A stretch of 64,000 nucleotides of DNA, taken from contig DATDJI010000091.1 of the NCBI GenBank assembly GCA_036520615.1, forward strand, positions 44,734 through 108,733. Direction: 5' to 3'. Shown here one piece after another: positions 56,961-64,000 of this stretch. A model generated the notes under the pieces. The model saw only the letters and a list, made by a program, of their open reading frames with translations, was not told the origin of the DNA and made no database searches. The DNA is from Cellvibrionaceae bacterium (GTDB lineage Bacteria > Pseudomonadota > Gammaproteobacteria > Pseudomonadales > Cellvibrionaceae). How positions within the stretch are numbered: the first letter of the stretch is position 1; the number at the start of each line of letters is the position of its first letter. The position numbers were made by a program, and so were the translations under genes.

Positions 56961-59522
56961 TTATTCGACGGCGTTTTCGTTTGATTGTTTAGGCGTGCCG
57001 GAGATAAGCGCCACTAAGCTGATAAGCACTTTGGGTAGATGCAAGCTTGAGGGCACGGCTAAATAACGTGGCTCCCAATTCGGAGCGAATTTTTCTTTAT
57101 AGGCGCGTAAACCAACAAAACCATAAAATTCGCTGCCAAACCTATAAATATAGGTGCCCACTTTGTGCCATAAGGATGCTAAGCGATCGTTATCCAAGCC
57201 AGATAGCGGTGCCATACCTAAATTAAATGCACTATAGCCTTGATCTTTGGCCCAAAAAATTACACATAACGTTAAGTATTCCATTACTGATTTGGGTGCC
57301 TGCGGATGGTAGCGCATCAAATCAATGGACATTTCCGCAGTGTTATCCGGTTTTAAAATATTCATAAATGCCACGATGCGCTCGTCTTTGCGCACTATGG
57401 CTGTATCGCAACAGGATAAATAATTGTAATCGCAGCGGCCGAGGGAAAAGCGTTTTTCTTTAGCATGTTTCTCCGCTAGCCATGCATTCGACACCTCGGT
57501 AATTGCAGGCCATATTGCACCGAATTCCTCCGCAGGAATAACTTCAAAATGCCAGCCTTCGCGGGGCATTTTATTCATCAAATTGCGCATAGATGCGCGC
57601 GCGGCGCCTTGCGTATGAAACGAAGCTAAATCAATTTTTGCCTCCTCGCCGAGTTTGACTAAGTGTAAACCCATGTCGATGTATAACGGCAAGTGACTGG
57701 TTGTGATGCGATAAAACACAATTTTAGCGCCGACTTTATCCGCGGCCTGACGAAATAGTGAAAGCAGAGCTGGAAATTCAACGGCATCCCCGCAGGGATC
57801 GCTCATGGCGTACCAATAAGTTGCCGTGGGTATATAGGCGATAAAAGCTCGCTGGTTGGTGGACCAAAAATAAAATTTATCCCCGGTTAAAGCGAGAAAG
57901 TGATCTGAATTGCATGATTGCTGCACGAGTAACTGTGCATTTAATAATTCCTCCTCGGTCGCTAAGGGCGCAGCATAGGATTTTTTTTGCGTAAAAAACC
58001 AGATGGCAGCGCAGAGCCCAATTATTATTAGTAATAACTGCGCGCGCAAAAAGCGCGAGGCGTGGCTGTCCAATTCAAATTGCCACCAGAGTTCATGGCT
58101 GTAATTCACCTCTTGGTAGCAAAAAAAGCCTACCCAAACGGAAAATCCAACTATCACTGCGATGAGTATCCACCAGTGGCGATTAAGCAGATGAATATTT
58201 AGTGCGGAATCGCGATAAAAATGGTGTTTGCTGGGAATTAACAGCGCAAGTACCGCCGCTAGCGCAAGAGCTTCCTCATAATCAATGCCTTTGAATAATG
58301 AGGCTAAAATCCCTAAGCATAATAGGTATACGGTTATATAGTAGGCTGAGCGAATACGCAGGCTGACAGCGCGGGCTAAAAATAATAAAACCAGGCCTAC
58401 GATGCTACCGATTAAATGCGACAGTTCAATAAATGGTAAACCAATAAAATCCATTAACACTTCTAGGCGATCATCCATGGCGCTGGTATTGCCGGACACT
58501 AAAAGGATCAGCCCGGACATTAACAGCAATAACGAGAGTATTTTTGGAAAACTATAATGCACAATGGCCAGAGGCATGTGTGCATAACGTAAAAATTGCT
58601 GCACACTTTTTCGCGAGGAATAAACGGTACGCCATTCATAAACCAGCAAAAATAGCCCGGACATACACAGCGGAATAATGTGGTACATCAATCGATAGCC
58701 AATGACAGCGGCGATTAAATGTGCACTGTGGTAATCAACTAATAAAAGCCAATACGCGCCTTCAAATACACCCAGCCCGCCCGGAGTTAACCCTGCAACG
58801 CCTGCTGCCAGTGCGGCTAAATAGGCAGATAAATGCAGCATGCTGGGCAGATAATTATCCGGCGTTAAAAACCACAGCACTGCGCAGGCACAGAGTATAT
58901 GAGCCATAGCCGCTGCGATTTGGCTTAAATTTAATTGTGATAGACAGTCAAGCCAAACTGCGGGCAGCCAACTCGGGCGCCATTTGTTCACGCGCAGAGC
59001 TATAACGCCCAGCAAACTTGCCATTGCTACACTGGCTGTTGTCACTTGAATTAAATGGGTTGCACAGAAAAAAGGCTGGCTGTTATACAGTGCAATTAAT
59101 TGCGCGCCACACCAGAGCGTAATAAATGCGAGAATAAAACTTGCAATATTGTGCAGCTTTAATCGATTTATATGTTCGCTGGCATTTGGTAGAGCAGGGT
59201 AGAGACGATAGCGTGAGGAATCCCATTGACGCGTTAAGCCGCGTGTATTTTGGCTAAATGTCTCGCCGATAAAGCCTGCAAAAATAATATCTCTGCGCGT
59301 AAGCTGCGGTACGTGCCGCAATATCCAATAGTCGCTCAATAGTGAAAAACCATAGGATAAAATAGTGAATAATGCGGCGAGTATCCATTGCTGAGGGCTA
59401 ATCCGGGCAAATTCTTGGTAGATAAAAGAAAGCCCAATCGGATGCCACTGCCAGGCACTAAGGCCCACTACGAGAGTACACAATAAAACCGACAGCAGCA
59501 TAAGCGCTGTTTTTGTTTTCAT
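56961..59522 (-). CDS. mprF: Bifunctional aminoacyl-phosphatidylglycerol synthase/flippase
   Basis: An 853-aa protein with about 14 TM helices in the N-terminal half. The C-terminal DUF2156/LPG-synthase domain carries FYRFGSEFYGFVGLRAYKEKFAPNWEPRYL. Confidence 0.85.
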   Translation of the reverse strand: MKTKTALMLLSVLLCTLVVGLSAWQWHPIGLSFIYQEFARISPQQWILAALFTILSYGFSLLSDYWILRHVPQLTRRDIIFAGFIGETFSQNTRGLTRQWDSSRYRLYPALPNASEHINRLKLHNIASFILAFITLWCGAQLIALYNSQPFFCATHLIQVTTASVAMASLLGVIALRVNKWRPSWLPAVWLDCLSQLNLSQIAAAMAHILCACAVLWFLTPDNYLPSMLHLSAYLAALAAGVAGLTPGGLGVFEGAYWLLLVDYHSAHLIAAVIGYRLMYHIIPLCMSGLFLLVYEWRTVYSSRKSVQQFLRYAHMPLAIVHYSFPKILSLLLLMSGLILLVSGNTSAMDDRLEVLMDFIGLPFIELSHLIGSIVGLVLLFLARAVSLRIRSAYYITVYLLCLGILASLFKGIDYEEALALAAVLALLIPSKHHFYRDSALNIHLLNRHWWILIAVIVGFSVWVGFFCYQEVNYSHELWWQFELDSHASRFLRAQLLLIIIGLCAAIWFFTQKKSYAAPLATEEELLNAQLLVQQSCNSDHFLALTGDKFYFWSTNQRAFIAYIPTATYWYAMSDPCGDAVEFPALLSLFRQAADKVGAKIVFYRITTSHLPLYIDMGLHLVKLGEEAKIDLASFHTQGAARASMRNLMNKMPREGWHFEVIPAEEFGAIWPAITEVSNAWLAEKHAKEKRFSLGRCDYNYLSCCDTAIVRKDERIVAFMNILKPDNTAEMSIDLMRYHPQAPKSVMEYLTLCVIFWAKDQGYSAFNLGMAPLSGLDNDRLASLWHKVGTYIYRFGSEFYGFVGLRAYKEKFAPNWEPRYLAVPSSLHLPKVLISLVALISGTPKQSNENAVE

Positions 59523-59933
59523 TAATTATTTGCCTCGATTGTTAGCTTAAAGATTTAAAGTTCCGCGCACAAAAGCCTCCAATTGCATTTCCGGTGCGCC
59601 GGTAATCGGCATTCTCCTTAACGTTTTATTAGCAAGATAAAATCGCCCACTCAAAACCAATATATTTTTCAAATTTGGACGACTTTACAATGCATGGGTT
59701 GCACAGATAAATGCAGCGGCATGGCTGGAAAATTCTCTTGCATGAAAGCGATTATGATCGTGTCAGAGATAACCGTAACGCTACAACTAGTGCTAAATCC
59801 GCAAAGCTATCTGCAGGGAATAATATTCGATATTGGATAGCGGCAATAAATTAACAAATACTATGCACGCTGGTTGGAACCTCGCATTCGGAAAAGGCGC
59901 GATTTTACGCAAGAGTGCGCCCTTTCCTAAAGC

Positions 59934-60755
59934 TCATCGCCAAGTAAACCCACTTACTTTAGCGCCCATCAAATAATCTGAGTAACTGCGTTCGGCAAGC
60001 TCACTTTCCGCCGCCGCACCCAGACAGACGTGCAGCGGCAACAGGTGTTCCTCGCGAGGATGACAAAACCGCGCGGATGGAGCTTGCTGCCAGTGAATCA
60101 GCCGTGCGCATTGTTCATTATGATTAAGGTTGTGATTGCACAGGCACTCGTAAAGCCAATTATCAAAGGCTTCGCTTTGCTGCCGAGCTGCTGTCGAGGG
60201 GGAAAAAAACGCTGCCATATTATGAAACGACAATCCCGAGCCGATTATTACCACGCCCTCCCGCCGCAATGGTGCCAAGGCCTCACCTAGAGCAATATGT
60301 GCAGCCGGATCGAGCCCCTTTAATAGCGATAACTGCACAACAGGAATGTCCGCTTGTGGGTGGCTTAATAATAAAGGCACAAAACAGCCGTGGTCCCAAC
60401 CGCGTGTGGGCTCCGCCTGGGCAGGAATATTCAAATTATTTAGCCGCTGTACCCATGTGTGCACCTGCTCGGGCGCGCCGGGCGCCGCATAACGATATTC
60501 GTAACACTGTTCTGGAAATCCGCTGTAGTCAAAAATTAAATCCGGCTGCGCGCTTGCGGTGAATTGCGCGCACTTAGCCTCCCAGTGGGCACTAATCAGC
60601 AAAATAACCGCAGGCTTAGGTAGCTGGCTTAGGCTGCGCATATATTGCGTAAGACTTACGTGCGCAGTGTCGCCCAGTAAGGGCAGTGGGCCGCCGCCAT
60701 GGGGCAGATATACAACGGGCATGAGCGCGCCGCCGTCAGTTGAATTTATAGGCAT
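59934..60755 (-). CDS. Class III extradiol ring-cleavage dioxygenase (DODA/YgiD-like, LigB superfamily)
   Basis: MPVVYLPHGGGP, ISAHWE, DHGCFVPL, GSGLSFHN. The start is uncertain (60833, 60755 or 60722). Confidence 0.7.
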   Translation of the reverse strand: MPINSTDGGALMPVVYLPHGGGPLPLLGDTAHVSLTQYMRSLSQLPKPAVILLISAHWEAKCAQFTASAQPDLIFDYSGFPEQCYEYRYAAPGAPEQVHTWVQRLNNLNIPAQAEPTRGWDHGCFVPLLLSHPQADIPVVQLSLLKGLDPAAHIALGEALAPLRREGVVIIGSGLSFHNMAAFFSPSTAARQQSEAFDNWLYECLCNHNLNHNEQCARLIHWQQAPSARFCHPREEHLLPLHVCLGAAAESELAERSYSDYLMGAKVSGFTWR

Positions 60756-61064
60756 AACCGAGTGCTCATAATAAAAATGGTCTGCCACGGATGCTCCGCT
60801 TGTGTGCGCACATATGCAACTAGAAGTACTCATTACGTTTAAATTCGCAACCTCTTCATCTTCAGACTCAATCGGAGGCTTGCAATATTTTTACAGTTTT
60901 TCGCGTCGATACTCGACAGATGGCGCTCGCCGTTAGGGTTTTGCTTCCTTGCCCATTGATTTAGAATGCCGCAGCCCGGCAATCCATCAGTTTTTGCATC
61001 CGCCAGCATCCTGCAGCCTCATCCCTCGCATCAGCACACGTTCCGCAGTTTTAAGGTATTTATT

Positions 61065-61679
61065 ATGGACTTAATTAAATTTTTTCAATCGGGTGGATTT
61101 TTTATGTACCCGATTTTATTGGTGATGACGCTCGGAATTGCCATTGCTATTGAGCGTTTTATTTATTTAGCCATCACCCAGCGCGCGACAGAAACGCTCT
61201 GGAAACGTTTATTGCCGATGTTAAAAGCCCGCGATGTGGAGCGCGCCCACCAAGTAGTTGAAAGCCAAAAAACTCCATTAGCGCGGGTATTTAATTACGG
61301 TTTTGCACGTTTATTACATAACGCCAAGCGCGAAACCGTAGAAGCTGCAATGGAAGAGGGCGTTATGGAAGTAACTCCACTAATGCAAGAGCGCACACAT
61401 TATTTAGCAACCCTTGCCAACATCGCCACACTGCTTGGGCTACTCGGTACAATTATCGGGTTAATCGACGCATTCACCGCCGTATCAACTGCAGATCCTG
61501 CACAGAAGGCCGAGTTATTATCCGCAAGTATCGCCGTGGCGATGAATACCACCGCATTTGGCTTAGTTGCGGCTATTCCGCTGTTATTAATGCATTCTTT
61601 TTTAGCGACTAAAACAGCCAAATTAATTGATAACGTTGAAATGGCGACGGTTAAATGCCTTAACCTCACAATGGAATAA
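61065..61679 (+). CDS. exbB: MotA/TolQ/ExbB proton-channel protein
   Basis: The preferred ATG is 61065 (MDLIKFFQSGGFFMYPIL). Three TM helices and LGLLGTIIGLIDAF. Confidence 0.85.
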   Translation: MDLIKFFQSGGFFMYPILLVMTLGIAIAIERFIYLAITQRATETLWKRLLPMLKARDVERAHQVVESQKTPLARVFNYGFARLLHNAKRETVEAAMEEGVMEVTPLMQERTHYLATLANIATLLGLLGTIIGLIDAFTAVSTADPAQKAELLSASIAVAMNTTAFGLVAAIPLLLMHSFLATKTAKLIDNVEMATVKCLNLTME

Positions 61680-61684
61680 CTCGG

Positions 61685-62266
61685 ATGTTAAAGTTTTCCC
61701 GCAAAAATCGCTTGGAGCAAGTAGCGGAAATTGACGTAACCACGTTTATGAATTTAATGGTTATTTTGGTGCCGTTTTTATTGGTTACGGCAGTATTCTC
61801 CCGCATTACCGTGCTGCAATTACAGCTGCCCAATAAAGACGCTGCCACAGGTGCTGCGGTGCCTGTAGATATTCAATTACAACTGGAATTGACTCAACAA
61901 GAATGGATTTTACGCTCGAATGATAGCGATGAAATAACACGGCTAGCCGCGCCACAAAATATTCGTGAATGGCGCAGCTTTGAAGAAGCTCTGGTAGAAA
62001 TTAAAAGCCGTTTTCCACAAGAAAAAGCCATCACGTTATTTTTTAACCGCCAAGTACCCTATAAAAGTATGCTCGAAGTGATGGACCATGTGCGGCAAAC
62101 GCAAATTGTTACCGGCACACAAGCGCAGTGGGTGGAATTATTTCCAGAAATTTCTCTGGGGCGCAAAGATGCGCTTTCACCGGAAACTTCAGCCGCGTCA
62201 GAAAATACCTCGACACCTGAGCCTGCATCTGAAAATGCACCTGCTTCCAGTGGGATTCAGCCATGA
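61685..62266 (+). CDS. exbD: ExbD/TolR-family protein with S/P/E-rich C-terminal extension
   Basis: EIDVTTFMNLMVILVPFLLV TM helix and an ExbD periplasmic fold. Confidence 0.8.
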   Translation: MLKFSRKNRLEQVAEIDVTTFMNLMVILVPFLLVTAVFSRITVLQLQLPNKDAATGAAVPVDIQLQLELTQQEWILRSNDSDEITRLAAPQNIREWRSFEEALVEIKSRFPQEKAITLFFNRQVPYKSMLEVMDHVRQTQIVTGTQAQWVELFPEISLGRKDALSPETSAASENTSTPEPASENAPASSGIQP

Positions 62267-62757
62267 GCCACTCTCGCCGCGCGCGCCGCATGGAGCGACA
62301 TCACCAACTAGCCAAAGGCCAAGGATTAAATCTTGTATCTCTGATGGATATTTTTACCATTCTGGTATTTTTCCTGTTGGTGAATTCCGCTGGTCCGCAA
62401 AATTTACCGAGTTTAAAAGATTTACGTATGCCCTCGGTGGTAAGCCTTAACCCACCCGCTGAGACACTTGTGCTGGCCGTTACTAAAGAAAGTGTTTTAC
62501 TGCAGGGCCAAGCGCTGGGCAGTTGGACTCAGTGGGATACCAATGGCCCGGCGATAGTGCAAGCGCTTGAGCAGGCACTGGCACAAAATGCAGCTAAATC
62601 TCCCGCCGGTGAGCAAGGCCGCGCGATAACCTTTATGGCCGATGAAACTGTGCCCTATGAAATTATCGAAAAACTTATCGACCTCTGCCAAACCCAGGAT
62701 TATCGCCAAATTGCTTTCGCTGCGAATTTAAAAGCGGCCCCCAAAGGATCACCCTGA
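62263..62757 (+). CDS. exbD: ExbD/TolR-family protein (second copy)
   Basis: LNLVSLMDIFTILVFFLLV. Has a 4-nt overlap with the previous gene. Confidence 0.8.
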   Translation: MSHSRRARRMERHHQLAKGQGLNLVSLMDIFTILVFFLLVNSAGPQNLPSLKDLRMPSVVSLNPPAETLVLAVTKESVLLQGQALGSWTQWDTNGPAIVQALEQALAQNAAKSPAGEQGRAITFMADETVPYEIIEKLIDLCQTQDYRQIAFAANLKAAPKGSP

Positions 62758-63755
62758 TGGCCGATTCCGCATCCCTTGCGCTGCATCGTTACGCCCTGGA
62801 TTGGCAGCCAAATAACAATAACGACCGAAATTTTTACTTGGTTGTCGGGCTGTGCCTCGGCCTAAGTGTGTTGTTAAGTGTTGTTGTAGCAAACACCGTT
62901 GTACCTCCAGCCCCGCCACAAACCCAAGCGCCCATTGCGCCGCGCATCGTTAATTTTATGGCTAATCGGCCCAAACCAGTGCTCGATGTCCCTCCACCAA
63001 AGCCGTTACCCAAACCTATAATTGCGCCGCCAAAAATCAAAACTCGCACTGCGGAGCCTACGCAACCGGTCACACTAACCCCAACTGTTGTAACACCGCC
63101 GGAACCAGCGGCCACCAGCCTAGGCCGCACGCGCCCAAATGCAACCACCACGGACCCCAACAAAGCCTCCGCTCGCGCCAAAGCTCAGAGTGCAGGGTTA
63201 TTGGCACTCGGCACACAGGTCGCAAGCGTGCTCGATACTGCGCCAAGTACACAGGTGCTAGCGCAAACGGCCAGCACACAGACTGCGCAGGCAGCAGCCA
63301 CTCCCAACGTGACCGATCATATAGGCACGAACCGCCAGCTGAGCCTTAAATCCACTGCGGTAGCAGGCACCAGCACCCGCGCTCTGGATCAGCAGGCCGT
63401 GCAGGCCTCCGCTCAGGATGTAAAACAAGCATTAAATACCGCTGCTGCAGCCACTGCCTCATCGGGCACAGGCCGCAGCGATAAAGATATAGCCGGTGTT
63501 TTCGCGCAAAATCAACCCGGTTTAAACAGCCTGTTCGAGCGCGCCCGGAGGCAAATTCCCGGTCTCGCCGGTAAATTAGTGCTGGAACTCAATATCGCCG
63601 CCGATGGCTCTGTGACGAGCATTAAGGTGCTAGCCAGCGAACTTAATAATGCGGAATTGGAAGGCAAAATTATTGGCCGTGTGAAATTATTTAAGTTTGC
63701 AGCGGGTAAGGCGCAGGCTGGGGTTAAATATGCTATGGAGTTTGTGCCGGGGTAA
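62757..63755 (+). CDS. TonB-like energy transducer with AgmX/PglI-like C-terminal domain
   Basis: One TM helix, Pro-rich PPAPP/PPPKPLPKP spacer, a long A/T/Q-rich linker and a C-terminal beta-rich domain (LVLELNIAADGSVTSIKVL...). Its start overlaps the exbD stop. Confidence 0.7.
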   Translation: MADSASLALHRYALDWQPNNNNDRNFYLVVGLCLGLSVLLSVVVANTVVPPAPPQTQAPIAPRIVNFMANRPKPVLDVPPPKPLPKPIIAPPKIKTRTAEPTQPVTLTPTVVTPPEPAATSLGRTRPNATTTDPNKASARAKAQSAGLLALGTQVASVLDTAPSTQVLAQTASTQTAQAAATPNVTDHIGTNRQLSLKSTAVAGTSTRALDQQAVQASAQDVKQALNTAAAATASSGTGRSDKDIAGVFAQNQPGLNSLFERARRQIPGLAGKLVLELNIAADGSVTSIKVLASELNNAELEGKIIGRVKLFKFAAGKAQAGVKYAMEFVPG

Positions 63756-63800
63756 CGAAAACTGCCCGTTTTCTTGAGAATCTAAATATCGAGTATTCAT

Positions 63801-64000
63801 ATGGAGCAGCTCTCACTAAGTCAGTTTGACGGAAAAAAGCTTGACGGCTTAGTTTTTTGTTCGACTGCTTATTCGTTTTTAGAAAAAATAAGAAGTTTTC
63901 CGGGAGGTTTGTCTAGTTTAAGGATGAGGAAAACTAAAGCGGAGAAAAAGCTTTTAGAAGAAATACTGCCAATATGTAAATATATTCAATACAAATATCG
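63801..64000 (+). CDS. Partial ORF of unknown function, continues past window end
   Basis: My translation from the ATG at 63801 is MEQLSLSQFDGKKLDGLVFCSTAYSFLEKIRSF..., open to base 64000. By eye it is clearly more AT-rich than the neighbouring genes. Confidence 0.3.
   Translation, partial: MEQLSLSQFDGKKLDGLVFCSTAYSFLEKIRSFPGGLSSLRMRKTKAEKKLLEEILPICKYIQYKY

Noticed and set aside
1-64000. A search by eye for CRISPR arrays, tRNA/rRNA genes, integrases or intact IS elements
   Set aside because: I found no regularly spaced short repeats, no cloverleaf-like or rRNA-like stretches in the intergenic gaps, and no recombinase ORFs. Small RNAs cannot be excluded without covariance-model scans.

Overview
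Chromosomal segment of a Gram-negative gammaproteobacterium. By inference only, it is a Cellvibrionales-like marine polysaccharide degrader. Support for that: two lipoproteins with very long polyserine linkers, a GH43 plus ricin-type lectin enzyme, and Pseudomonas-like lptD-surA-pdxA / amgK-murU synteny. I call about 55 protein-coding genes, and saw no rRNA, tRNA or CRISPR array by eye. Core genes: a partial ABC permease, pdxA, surA, lptD, amgK, murU, tlyA, leuA, mprF, and an exbB-exbD-exbD-tonB-like set. Loci worth a second look: (1) 21.2-23.1 kb, a three-gene MNIO RiPP cassette. It has a 95-aa secreted precursor with four EG(K/T)CG cores, a DUF692 enzyme and a DUF2063 partner, resembling HvfABC. 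(2) 30.5-40.1 kb, an all-minus-strand Ter locus. It combines TerC-family, three TerD paralogs, AIM24-family and DUF1272 genes with a five-gene 'nucleoside-like metabolite' module (ATP-grasp, two PRTase-like, HAD, HpcH/CitE-like). (3) 40.4-41.6 kb, an ISL3-transposase-like protein that seems to lack the DDE residues. (4) 52.8-54.6 kb, two secreted unknowns, one with a gingipain/caspase-like GHGS...SC dyad pattern. (5) 5.4-8.1 kb, an overlapping protease/FHA-membrane/lipoprotein operon. (6) 8.3-13.2 kb, a four-gene TPR envelope operon. All functional calls rest on motif recognition from the translated ORFs; no database search was possible.
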